64,000 nucleotides of DNA from Mobula hypostoma (Eukaryota), in contig NC_086109.1 of NCBI RefSeq assembly GCF_963921235.1, positions 4,838,001-4,902,000 on the forward strand, read 5' to 3'. The position numbers and the translations under genes are program-made. Position 1 is the first letter of the stretch, and each line of letters begins with the position of its first letter. Below are positions 1 to 11,469 of this stretch, piece after piece. The notes under the pieces were generated by a model, which saw only the letters and a list, made by a program, of their open reading frames with translations, was not told the DNA's origin and did no database searches.

Positions 1-503
1 CTAAGTTATCTAATTTGTTCCCAACATACCCAATTAATCTAATGTGCCTAATTTGTTTAAAATTAGCATTTGATTATTTAGATGCTGCATTTTAGAATAA
101 GTACATTTGCCATACAATGAGTCAGTTTCAGTGATCAGTCAATATTCTTGACATTGATCAGTTATGAATGTGAAGCTTCAACATGACTATCTGCAGTTCT
201 GAGGTCGGAGATAAAATGTGAGAAGTGGGAAGGGTAAAAGCTGAGTTTGCAAATGGCAAAGAGGGGAATGATAAGCATGAGGAAGGTTTTTAAAGGACAG
301 GGGAAAGAATAAGTGAAACAGAAGGTGGAAAACAGTACAGCATAGTCCAGTCCCTTCCACCTACCTTTTAATCTACTCTGAGGTCAATCTAACCCTTCCT
401 TCCCACACAGTCTTCCATCCGCGTTCCTATGCTTAAGAGTCTGTTAACTGTCCCTAATGTATCTGCCTCCCCCTGTACTTTTCACCAATCACCTTAAAAC
501 CTC

Positions 504-1463
504 CGTGAGGGGATCCAGGAGTGCCCCTATTAACTGCTTGAAGAGAGACAGAAAGAGACATTTATCATTGATAGTTTGTTTGGAAAGGAGAGAGAGATGA
601 AGATTAATGGTTGGACTGTCCCTTTAAGGCATTGGAAGTAACTTTGGATTTCTACTGAGTTTGGAGTTGGAGACAGCACCGAGCAGCTCGAAAGTTGCTA
701 TGGTGACCGAAGGCATGTTATTTAATGGACACTCAATGTTATGATTTTCAGCAGGTTGTTGATATTTCTTCAAGGACTTGCTGCCTGCTTGTGCATTTCT
801 TCACAGACAAAGGAAGGAGGGATTATTTGAATGACAATTGATGCTCAGTACCGTGAGACAAATAGGAGGTCAGATGATACAGACCTCAGACACATGATCT
901 GGACACTGAATGAGCATTGTTGCGCCTGCTGAGAAAATGGGTTTTGGAGGATCGATCAGGCAGATTGACCCAAATTGCTATTCCAACGGTGAATAAGGGA
1001 TGACTGGTGGGGAGTTGTCTATGTGTCCACCCTTGCCGGGGTGATAGCTCCACCACAGGAAAACCGGTCCCCCGGTTAAAGTCACAGTCGGTGACTTGTG
1101 AAGGATTTCGGAGGACGACGAGAAGATCGACGGCATCAGCTCACCTGAAAACTCAACTCACTCTCTCTCTCTCTGTCTCCATCACTACTCAACTAATACC
1201 ACGAACTGAACTGAACTGAACTTTACTCAACATCGTAAGACTGTATCTTTTTACCCCTAGACTTAAAGAAGCTTGTTTTTTTCATACAGATATATTCCAC
1301 ACTTACTTTTATATATAATCATTGCTAACCTGTTTGATCTATCTTCATTTATATTACTGTATTGTGTAGTTACTAACAAATATTATTAGTTTATAGCAAT
1401 ACTGGACTCCAAAGTGTTTTCCATCTCTGCTGGATCTTTATTCCCATCACGGGGTATGTGACA
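504..1463 (+). mobile_element. Older solo LTR of a related Gypsy family
   Basis: CCTC duplicated at 500-503 and 1464-1467; 3' end CGGGGTATGTGACA plus (GAACT)n, TTACCCCTAGAC and GACTCCAA blocks shared with the young LTR; splits a CR1 3' fragment. Confidence 0.75.
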
Positions 1464-1605
1464 CCTCTCATATGAGCCATCTCTGCCATAGGAAAAAGCC
1501 TCTGGATGTCTACTTGATCAACCTCTCTTATCATCTTGTTCACCTCTATCAAATCACCTCTCATCCTCCTTCGCTCTTGAGAGAAAAGCCCTAGCTCACT
1601 CACTT

Positions 1606-1975
1606 AGGGGCGGCATGGCAGTGTAGTAGTTTGCACAACGCTTCACAGTACAGGTGACGTGGGTTCAATTCCCACCACTGCCTGTAAGGACACGTTGACT
1701 GTACTCTTTCTTGTAGATGCTGCCTGGCCTGTTGAGTTCCTCCAACATTTTGTGTGTACTGCCTGTAAGGAGTTTGTATGTTCTCCCATTGACCACGTGG
1801 GTTTCCTCCGGGTGCTCTGGTTTCCTCCCACAGTCCAAAGACATACCGTTTGGTAGGTTAATTGGTCATTGTAAATTGTGCTGTGATTAAGCTACGATTA
1901 AATCAGGGGATTGCTGGGCGGTGTGGCTCAAAAGGCCTACTTTGGGTTGCACCTCAATAAATAAATAAATTAAAA
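1606..1975 (+). mobile_element. tRNA-derived V-SINE (HE1-like) with a 67-bp Penelope insert
   Basis: B-box GGTTCAATTCC; V-domain GTGGGTTTCCTCCGGGTGCTCTGGTTTCCTCCCAC; (AAAT)n tail; related copies near 17400-17780(-), 36900-37030(-), 38555-40000(-), 54250-54550(+). Confidence 0.8.
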
Positions 1976-3390
1976 ATATTCTCGGAAAGACATGCTCTCT
2001 AATCCAGGTGGCATCCTGGTCAATCTCCTCTGCACCGTTGCTAATGCTTCCACATCTTTCCTATAATGAAGTGACCAGAACTAACACAATATTCTAAGTG
2101 TGGTCTAGCACTGGCTGCAATCACTGAAGACAAGTCACCACCACCTTGACCTGCAGCAGTCCTTGAAGCGTGAGTATCCCATGCTGTTAGGAAGGAATGT
2201 CCAGGATATTGACTCAGAGATGGTGAGGGAATGGTGATATATTTCCAAATCAAGATGGCTTATGGCTTGGGAGCAACTTTCATGTGGTGCTAAAACATAA
2301 TTTAGCATTTCTAATGCAATATACTTTACAACCAGTTGCATACCCGTACAAAGACCCATTGTACAAATATTGTAAAACTGCTGACTGAAGGATAGATATC
2401 ACATGGGACACTGGATTTTTACATTCAGACAAGAGCAGACAGGGTCTTGGTGTATTTTACACAAGGGCAGTGCTTCCCTAGTATCGAACTCAAACCCTGC
2501 CTTAATATCTGTGCCCCTGAATCTAGATTAGGATTGTTACGAGAATACACATAAAAGTAAGATGTTTGCTGGCCTGGGTTAGCATCAGTGACATCAGCAG
2601 TTGGTCTGCCACCTGCCCTCAGGGGAAGGAGAGATAAGGAACAATGGAGCAGCGTCTGGAGATGTGTAATGAAGGGATGTGGGAGAGAGAGCTGTCTGGA
2701 GCGGCTCCCCTCTTTGAACCTTGAACTGTTTGAAGTGATGGACAGGTGATGCCCCAGCAGGGGGATAAAAAGGGACAGGTTCGCTAAGGCAACACACACG
2801 CCACCCGAGGTAACGAGACCCTGGAAGTGGTGCGCCTCTCACGAGTGGGTGAGAAGTATCAGACAACGCCCAGGGTGGAAAGGTACGATCAGCGGGAACC
2901 CGGTGTGTGTCCGCCCTTGCCTGGGTGCCGGGTTCACTGCAGAGGATCGACTGCACCTGGAGGAGGGGTCGCAGTTGGTGACCTCAGGTGACATCACCAA
3001 GGACCCGCCCAAAAGCTGCTTGTGAGCCATCTCGCAGGTCTGTGAGTGAAGCCGTTCTGAATGATCAGTTGTTCCTGTTCTATCTCTCTCTTCCCCCACG
3101 TTGTCCATCGCCATGGCAACGATTACTGCGAACTGAACTGGACTGAACTTTGAGTCATTTTGAAATTTAGTCATTTACCCCTAGACAACGATAGAGCTTG
3201 ATTGATGCTGTTATCTTAATTCTGTGCACATGTGTGTTTATCATCGCTGAACTGTTGCATTTATTATCCTTTCGATTACTGTGTTGCTTGTTTCTTTAAT
3301 AAAACTTTCTTAGTTCTAGTACTCCAGACTCCAACTGAGTGATCCATTTCTGCTGGTTTGGCAACCCAATTACGGGGTACGTAACATAAG

Positions 3391-3416
3391 TGGGGTTCTC
3401 GTCCGCGATTTTGAAC
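3391..3416 (+). promoter_or_regulatory. Primer-binding site resembling the tRNA-Pro complement
   Basis: TGGGGTTCTCGTCCGCGAT versus canonical PBS-Pro TGGGGGCTCGTCCGGGAT, 4 nt after the LTR; copy B has TGGGGTTCTCATCCGGGAT. Confidence 0.75.
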
Positions 3417-3485
3417 GCTAAATTTGGGACGGAGTAAATTGATTGGGTTAAAATTCCCGAAAGAAAGAAAAGACAAACAGCAGAA

Positions 3486-6314
3486 ATGGAGGCTGAGGAA
3501 TTTATAAAGGCGCCGACCTTGGAGGCATTAGAGGATGCCAGGAAATCGGAATTGATAGCTGTGGCCAAACGGTTGAATCTTGCTAAGGTGAAGTCGACAA
3601 TGAGGAGAGAGGAGATACACAGAGCTATTGTAGAGCACTATGTATCTAAAGGTGTGTTTCCCCAAGGTGAGCTGGGGGTGGTGTCTATTGAAAAACCTGC
3701 TGGAGACGCGGTACAGGTACAGCTTGAAAAACTGAGACTCGAGCACGAGTTCCGGGTACGGCAGTTAGAACACGAAGAGAGAGAGTTAGAAAGGCGGGAG
3801 AAAGAGAGAGAGTTAGAAAGGCGGGAGAGAGAGAAAGAGGTAGAAAGGCAAGAGAGAGAAAGACAGTTGGAGAGAGAAGAGAGAGAGAGGGACAGACAGT
3901 TGGAGAGAGAGGAGAAACAGAGGGAAAGGGAATTTGAGCTGGAGAAGTTAAGGATAAGGGCCGAGCAGGGGCTCGTGCCGAACCAAGGTGGAGGGTTCCG
4001 GGCGACCCAGGAGGTTAGGCTGGTTCCCCCATTTGACGATACCGACGTGGATCGGTACTTCCTCCACTTCGAAAAAGTGGCTATAAGTCAGGACTGGCCG
4101 AGGGATAAGTGGGTTGTTTTACTTCAGAGTGTACTGAAAGGGAAGGCCCAAGAAGCTTACTCAGCTTTGTCCGCGGAAGATGCCCAGAAGTATGAGGTGG
4201 TGAAGGAGGCCATCCTCAGGATTTATGAGTTGGTCCCGGAGGCATACCGGCAGAGGTTCCGGAATGCGAGGAAGCGGTGGGACCGCACGTATTTGGAGTT
4301 TGCTCGTGAGATGCAAACATATTGTGAGCGTTGGTGCGCCTCGAAAGGGGTAGAGGGGGATTATGACAGACTGCTACAACTGATCCTGATTGAGCAGTTT
4401 AAAGGTTGTGTCCCTGAGGGTATGAGACCCTACCTCGATGAGAAAGAGGCAGCCACGTTAGCCGCAACTGCTAAGTTAGCGGATGAGTATGCGTTGACGC
4501 ATAAAATGAAGTTTGCCCCGAGTAAAGGCTACCAGAAGGGTAGTCAGGACGGCGGGGAGAGTCCGCCGGAAAAGTCGGAATGTAAGCCGGGGACTAGTGA
4601 AAAGGATAAGGTAGACCGGGAGCAGTCTGGTAGGAAATCTCCTGGGGTCGTCTGTTATAATTGTGGGAAAGCCGGACACTTTGCGTCCAGGTGCTTTGCC
4701 CCAAGGAAGGAGACGGGGAAAGGAAAAGCGGAAATTTGGAATGGCTGTATCGAGCTGTTAAGCGAACCGCTAGGGAAGGACAGGTCTGAAAAAGTCCAGG
4801 AAGGGCGCGAGAGGTTTATCTCGGCCGGACTGGTGTCAGTGAAGGAGAGGTTAAAACCAGTTCCAGTGCGGATCTGGAGAGACACGGGAGCGTGTCAGTC
4901 ACTAATACTGAAGAGTGTATTAGAGTTTAGCTCAGAGACCCAGACTGGGGAGGTAGAGGTCAAAGGTGTTGGGGAAGGGACAGAGTCAGTCCCTTTGCAC
5001 CAGATACACTTACAGAGCAACCTGGTCTCTGGACTAGTCACGATCGGGGTGAGGTCCGAATTACCGATGAAAGACGTGGAAGTCTTGCTCGGTAATGACA
5101 TCGCCGGAGGAATCGTGTTCCCAGTCGTGAGATTGACAGGTCAGCTTGCCAGCATTGAGGCTCCGCCCATGGACTCACAGGTTCATCACCGGCCCGCGAT
5201 GGTGAATTTGGCTGAAACATTTCTGCCAACCTTGTATGAGACAGGGTGTAGTGAGATAAGAGGTAGTGAGGGAGCTGGGACAAACGTAGTAGTAGCCAGG
5301 AAAGAATTTGTGCAGACGCAGGAGCGAGACGAGGGGCTGATGGTTTTGGCAGAGACCGCTCTCTCTGACACAGCCTTGACAAGCTATTGTGCGGAGGAGG
5401 AAGTGCTAAGGAAGAAAGGGAAATCAAGTACAGTACTCGCAGATGAGGAATGGGGGGTGGTGCAAAAGAGTTATGGGGATGAGGTTTTTAACATGGCCCA
5501 CGAGGTACCCCCCGGTGGACATTTTGCGGTGCTGGAGGAAACAGTTGGTGGAATCATGAAAGAGATTTACCGGCTGCCCAGGGGGAAAAATGTTATTGAT
5601 CATGACCGACGCGAACTGAGACGGTCACCGGCTTTTGATATGCTAACAAACCTAGTCGGTGTTAACGTGGAAATCAATGAAGCTAGGGGCCCCCTGATAA
5701 GAGGAAAAAACCATTTTGAAAAGATTAGGATGGGATCGGTCAGATGGGAGAAGGCTATTGTTTTGGCCAGGTCTACTGATAAGGTCTCTCCCTTAATCCC
5801 CGAACAAAGCGAATCTTTAGCAGAAGTAATTAAACGACTCGCGCCCGTGTGTTTGATTGTCCCGAGGAAATGCAAAGAACTGGGACGTTGGGTTATGTCT
5901 GTTACAATAGGGCGGCCTAGTAAACAACACCCATATTTTTTGAGTAATTCAGTGACTAAAGGGCTGATGAACACAGAGGTGTGTATTGGCAATTTAATAC
6001 GGCTGTCTGAAGCCAGTTTGATAGTGAACCTTGAAAAAAATGAATTCGGCCACACGAGGGTCACTTACCTGGGAATTGTGGTGACACAGGGGCAGCTGGC
6101 AGCGATGCAAGCTACAGTACAGGCTATCGCTGACCTCCCAACCCCGACAGACAAGAGGGCCCTCAGAAGGCTCTTGCAGATGGTGGGGTACTGCAGGAAG
6201 TTTTGCAATAACTCTGCGGTCAATACCCGTCCCCCTCCTACTAAGCCCTTGCGAGAGAAAACGAGTCGGAATGGGACGACCCTTGTTATTGTGGTCCGGG
6301 ACAAAACCAAATGA
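3486..6314 (+). CDS. Gag-protease-degenerate Pol polyprotein of copy A (942 aa)
   Basis: E/R coiled coil; capsid/SCAN-like region (YFLHFEK...YELVPEAYRQRFR...LILIEQF); CYNCGKAGHFASRC knuckle; RDTGA and LLGND protease motifs; IN and RT remnants; 1-bp deletion near 6260 relative to copy B. Confidence 0.9.
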   Translation: MEAEEFIKAPTLEALEDARKSELIAVAKRLNLAKVKSTMRREEIHRAIVEHYVSKGVFPQGELGVVSIEKPAGDAVQVQLEKLRLEHEFRVRQLEHEERELERREKERELERREREKEVERQERERQLEREERERDRQLEREEKQREREFELEKLRIRAEQGLVPNQGGGFRATQEVRLVPPFDDTDVDRYFLHFEKVAISQDWPRDKWVVLLQSVLKGKAQEAYSALSAEDAQKYEVVKEAILRIYELVPEAYRQRFRNARKRWDRTYLEFAREMQTYCERWCASKGVEGDYDRLLQLILIEQFKGCVPEGMRPYLDEKEAATLAATAKLADEYALTHKMKFAPSKGYQKGSQDGGESPPEKSECKPGTSEKDKVDREQSGRKSPGVVCYNCGKAGHFASRCFAPRKETGKGKAEIWNGCIELLSEPLGKDRSEKVQEGRERFISAGLVSVKERLKPVPVRIWRDTGACQSLILKSVLEFSSETQTGEVEVKGVGEGTESVPLHQIHLQSNLVSGLVTIGVRSELPMKDVEVLLGNDIAGGIVFPVVRLTGQLASIEAPPMDSQVHHRPAMVNLAETFLPTLYETGCSEIRGSEGAGTNVVVARKEFVQTQERDEGLMVLAETALSDTALTSYCAEEEVLRKKGKSSTVLADEEWGVVQKSYGDEVFNMAHEVPPGGHFAVLEETVGGIMKEIYRLPRGKNVIDHDRRELRRSPAFDMLTNLVGVNVEINEARGPLIRGKNHFEKIRMGSVRWEKAIVLARSTDKVSPLIPEQSESLAEVIKRLAPVCLIVPRKCKELGRWVMSVTIGRPSKQHPYFLSNSVTKGLMNTEVCIGNLIRLSEASLIVNLEKNEFGHTRVTYLGIVVTQGQLAAMQATVQAIADLPTPTDKRALRRLLQMVGYCRKFCNNSAVNTRPPPTKPLREKTSRNGTTLVIVVRDKTK

Positions 6315-7544
6315 GAGGTTACATTGGTCGCAATTCATCAGTGTTTTTGGCCACTATGAAGTTTGCTGAGTTGGAGCCTGATCTAAGGGATTATTAATAA
6401 CACGTGTAAGAGGAACAGAAAATGTGATGACTGTCTGTCAAGGTGTTGACAGCTTCAAACTCGCTGTGTTAGCCAAATAGCTGATAAAGATGTATATTGT
6501 GTATGTATCAAATAATGTAGTCATGTTTGTAATTTTTACCTCCCGGTAAAAATCCTTAAAGGGAGGAAGTGTTACGAGAATACACATAAAATTAAGATGT
6601 TTGCTGGCCTGGGTTAGCATCAGTGACATCAGCAGTTGGTCTGCCACCTACCCTCAGGGGAAGGAGAGATAAGGAACAATGGAGCAGCGTCTGGAGATGT
6701 GTAATGAAGGAACGGGGGAGAGAGAGAGCTGTCTGGAGCGGCTCCCCCCTTTGAACCCTGAACTGTTTGAAGTGATGGACAGGCGATACCCCAGCAGGGG
6801 GATAAAAAGGGACAGGTTCGCTAAGGCAACACACACGCCACCCGAGGTAACGAGACCCTGGAAGCGGTGCGCCTCTCACGAGTGGGTGAGAAGTACCAGA
6901 CAACGACCAGGGTGGAAAGGTACGATCAGCGGGAACCCGGTGTGTGTCCGCCCTTGCCTGGGTGCCGGGTTCACTGCAGAGGATCGACTGCACCTGGAGG
7001 AGGGGTCGCAGTCGGTGACCTCAGGTGACATCACCAAGGACCTGCCCAAAAGCTGCTTGTGAGCATCTCGCCGGTCTGTGAGTGAAGCAGTGTTCTGAAT
7101 GATCAGTTGTTCCTGTTCTATCTCTCTCTTCCCCCACGTTGTCCATCGCCATGGCAACGATTACTGCGAACTGAACTGGACTGAACTTTGAGTCATTTTG
7201 AAATTTGGTCATTTACCCCTAGACAACGATAGAGCTTGATTGATGCTGTTATCTTAATTCTGTGCACATGTGTGTTTATCATCACTGAACTGTTGCATTT
7301 ATTATCCTTTCGATTACTGTGTTGCTTGTTTCTTTAATAAAACTTTCTTAGTTCTAGTACTCCAGACTCCAACTGAGTGATCCATTTCTGCTGGTTTGGC
7401 AACCCAGTTACGGGGTACGTAACAGGATAAATCCCCTGCACATCCTTGGGTTGCGTGTTGGTTGTTCATGCAAACGACGCATTTCACTGTATGTGTTGAT
7501 GTATATGTGATAATGAACCTGAATCCAAATCTATGGACTTCTGA

Positions 7545-8215
7545 AAACAAACAAGAGAATATCTGTAGATGCTGAAAATCCAAGCAACACACACAAAATG
7601 CTGGAGGAACTCAGCAGGCCAGATAGAATCTATGGAAAAGAGTAAACAGTTGATTTTCGGGCTGAAACCCTTCAGCAGGAAAAGAGTAAACAGCTGACAT
7701 TTTGCCGTGCACCTATGCTCTGTCCGCCAGAACAAGCGGGATCTCTCAGTGGACACCCATTTTAATTCCACTTCCCATTCTCATTCTGATATGTCTATCC
7801 ATGGCTTCCTCTACTGTCGCGATGAGGCCACACTCAGATTGGAGGAACAACATCTTATATTCCACCTGGGTAGCCCCCAAACAGATGGCATGAACATCGA
7901 TTTCTCGAATTTCTGGTAATGTACCCCCCCCCCCTTTCCCCATCCCCTTTTTCCTCTCTCACCTTATCTCCTTGCCAGCCCTTCACCTCCCTCTGGTACT
8001 CCTCCTGCCCCCCCCTTTACTTTCTTTCATGGTCTTCTGTCCTATTCTCCAACTCTGTATCTCTTTCACCAATCAACTTCCCAGCTCTTTACTTCACCCC
8101 TTCCCCCACCTTTTAAATCTACTCTTCATCTTTTATCGCCAGTCACGCTGAAGGGTCTCAGCCCAAAACTGATGCTGCCTGGCCTGCTGAATTCCTCCAG
8201 CATTTTGTGGGTGTT
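7545..8215 (+). mobile_element. Penelope-like 3' fragment preceded by an inverted pLTR
   Basis: THFNSTSHSHSDMSIHG..LRLEEQHLIFHLG..DGMNIDFSNF; inverted terminal repeat at 7545-7700. Confidence 0.82.
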
Positions 8216-8966
8216 CCATAGACTTTTGCTCAGAATGGAGTGGACTAGCCTAGAGACAAAAATTATATTAAGAACTTGTGAGAGAGGTCATAAGACCAAA
8301 ACATATACGAGCAGAATTCAGCCATTTGGCTCATCAAGTTTGCTTCACCATTTCATCACAGTTGATCCATTTTCCCTCTCATCCCCAATCTTCTGCCTTC
8401 TCCCCGCAGCCCTTCAATCCCTGACTAGTGAAGAATCTATCAACCTCTGTCTAAAACATCCCAAATGATCTGGCCTCCACAGCCACCAGTGGTAATAAAT
8501 TCCACAGATTCACCACTCTCTCGCTAAAAAAATTACTCACCTCTATTCTAAAAGAACACCCCTCTATTCCGAGGCTGTATCCTCTGGTCTTAAGGCTCCC
8601 CCACCAGAGGAAATATCCTCCCCACATCCACTCAACTGAGGCCTTTCAACAACAATGGGTTTCTATGAGGTCATCCCTCATGCTTCTGAATTCCAGTGAA
8701 TACAGGCCCAGAGCCATCAAACACTCATCATATGATAAGCCATTCAATCCTGGAATCAATTCAAAGGTGTTTCAGCTAAGAATGGGCTGGAAGCAGATGC
8801 AAAAATAGTCTTTTCTCGAATTATGGTCATCAGGAAGTCTAAAGCACCAAACCAAAGGAATATTTAAAAGAACTTCCTGTTGGCAATTACCTCTTATATC
8901 GGCAGATTAAACATGTATCATTCTCACGCAGAAGAAAACATCCCTGCCTGACTAAAAACGATAAGG

Positions 8967-9045
8967 CAGCGGTTCCCAATCTGGGATCCATAGATGCCTT
9001 ACTTAATGGTATAGATCTGTGGCATAAAAATGGTAGGAACCCCTG
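8967..9045. mobile_element. ~80-bp hAT micro-MITE (others near 16872, 19879, 54006-54088, 55838, 59905)
   Basis: CAG(C/G)GGTTCCCAA...GGAACCCCTG termini; near-perfect 8-bp TSD CGATAAGG/CTATAAGG. Confidence 0.7.
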
Positions 9046-11469
9046 CTATAAGGCATATATGATGAATAGCCTGCAGTATATCTTCTCCTGGTATCAAAAC
9101 GGTACTAGTGTAGTGGGTAGTGCTTGTCACTCTCACTTTCAGCTTCCACCGCTGGCTAGCAGTCTTGCTAAAAGGAGAGCTGAATGTGGAAGTCTCTCGC
9201 TGCCAGTACACAGCCTCTCCAACAGCAAGCCTCATGTTGCACCTCCTCGCTGGCGACACACGGAAACTGAACTCCTTTCGGACTCAGGCTGAACTACAGA
9301 GGACAGGGAGGAAGTCTGGCCCCTGCACACAGAGCATGCAGGCCCACTAGATCCACTAGGCCCACTATGAACTAGATCCCCAGTGATGTATAAATAGCCC
9401 CACTGCCTTGTGGGCAGCCTCAGGAGAGACGAAGGCTATGGGAGTAAACTCAAACAGCAAATCTGAAGTGGAGCCCCTAAGGCAGCTGGATGTCATTGAA
9501 CATCCTTCCTGCAGCTCCTGTAGCCAAGCTGGTGCCAAACATATTACTTTATAAGCTTTCCTTTAGACTACACTAGTGAGGCCGAGAGGTGGACCTCGAC
9601 AACTGAGAACCTCTGGATCTTCATACCTTCTGCCCAGGCTTGTGATGATGACGACCGTCATCCATTGCCAACCAACCATATCCTGTACTCCAGAGGCCAC
9701 TAAGCTGAGGGGTGTGTTAAACCCGACCCTAACCACAAGGCAGGTGGGACGTGTTCCCACTCTGTCTGAACTAAACAACATCCTTCATTAAACTCAGTGT
9801 GAACCGAAAACTGGTTCCTATTTAAAAGATAAGCACAAGAGATTCTGCAGATGCTGGAAGTGCAGAGCAACACAAACAAAAGGCAGCATCTACGAAGGGG
9901 AATAATCTGTCAATGTTTAGCGCCAAGACCGTTCATCAGGACTGAAAAGGAAGGGGGAAGACGACAGAATAAGAAGGTGGTGGGGGAGGGGGGAAAGGTG
10001 CACAAGCTGGTGAGACCAAGTGAGGGGGAAGGTGGGTAGGTGGGAGATGAAGTGAATTTCATGACACCAGGTTAGAAGCTCCCCAGCCAGTTGGTACTCC
10101 TCCCTCTTCCCCAACCCCACTTTCTTATTCTGGCTTCTTCTCTCTTCCTTGCCAGTCCTGATGAAGGGTCTCAGCCAAAACACATTGACAGAAATTTGAA
10201 GTGCAAAAGAATGAAGTGTGGGGATAGTAACAGGAGAGTGGGAATGAGATCAGGAACAGTTGGAAGATACAGCAGTCTCAGGGGACATTTACTCAATGCT
10301 CCTTTATATGTTATGTAATTTCATCCATGTCTGCAAATTGTTTTACGATCAATTGTTTAACACAGCCAATACTTCCTGCTGTACTTTAGACTCATTAAAT
10401 ATTGCACCAACCTTTACAACACAATTTTTGTTTTACAAGCAAAAAGCAACTGATGACCAAAACAAAATGGCAATGTTCGGAATCAGAATCATTTTACTGC
10501 CAGTATGTGAAACAGCAGAATTGATTGTGGTTCGGTGCTCAGCATAAAACACGGTACAATACCATAACAGAGAATACCTTAGCAATCAAGAACTTACAAG
10601 AGGAAAGTGCAAACAGCCATGAGCGAATGATAACAATCAAACAAGTAAATATGAACATATGGACAAACTCAGCAGAGGTGAAGGAACACAGCTTAGGGGA
10701 GAGCCGGTGTTTACAGATATTGGATTGGACAAGGAGCACAAGCCTTACCTACTGCTTCCTTCCTGTCAGTACATTTGTAATCTACTGACAGAAACTGTAG
10801 GGTACACCTAGCTGGGTTCACTTGCTGTGGAACAACTCAGAACAATAGTTTGACCCACGTAAAGCCACGGGAAGTTTTGACCAATTATTTGTGAGCTTGA
10901 AGCCCTCTAAAAATGTCACCACAGTAGAAATGATAGACATTGTTCTCAGTCAAACCAAATAAACAGGCATAAGCCATCAATCATTTTATGTAGACTGGGA
11001 CACACCCAAATTTATCAATGCAATCTGTTATTTGGCAAAATACTTGCATCAAGAAGAAATCTGGTTATACCAGCAACTGAGCTCTGTAATAACTCAGTGC
11101 CAACGGCTTAAATCAATGAGCTTCATTTCAGAAAGTGAGAGACATTAGAGGACATCAAAATACATCAACAATAGGTGAACTATTTTACCAGGACTATCTG
11201 ATGCTGAATTCATTTGCTCGTACATATCCCTGGTCTACCAAAATGTGTCCATGCATGGCACTGAGTTACATTCCAGACTCCAGGGTTGGGTGAGGGTTTA
11301 ACAAAACCAGAAGGTGTCTGGTAGCAGTTCCATTGAAGGTGATAACAAAGGTTTGCTTGTGAAGGTTCTAAGAAGAAACTTCAGTACCAGCTTCCTTGTT
11401 AGAAGTACAAAGAACGATACTGTACTGTATGTTCATTCTTTATTATCAAGTAAACCATACAGGGGCAAA

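Larger units (their letters stand above)
2535..7424 (+). mobile_element. Non-autonomous Gypsy/Gmr1-like LTR retrotransposon, copy A
   Basis: LTRs 2535-3386 and 6570-7424 (TGTTAC...GTAACA); 4-bp TSD GGAT; PBS-like 3391-3416; PPT AAAGGGAGGAAG 6558-6569; single long ORF. Confidence 0.95.

Noticed and set aside
1610..1680. tRNA gene
   Set aside because: The tRNA-like head continues into the V-SINE body and tail; no complete cloverleaf is evident.
2425..3174. Recurrent ORFs within the LTRs
   Set aside because: They recur only because the LTRs are repeats, and their frames differ between copies.
5600..6064. 154-aa antisense ORF conserved in both LTR copies (also 27290-27754)
   Set aside because: Shadow of the sense ORF in near-identical copies; no independent evidence.
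3486..6314. Domesticated SCAN or zinc-finger host gene
   Set aside because: Flanked by LTRs, PBS, PPT and TSD, multi-copy, and without a C2H2 array.
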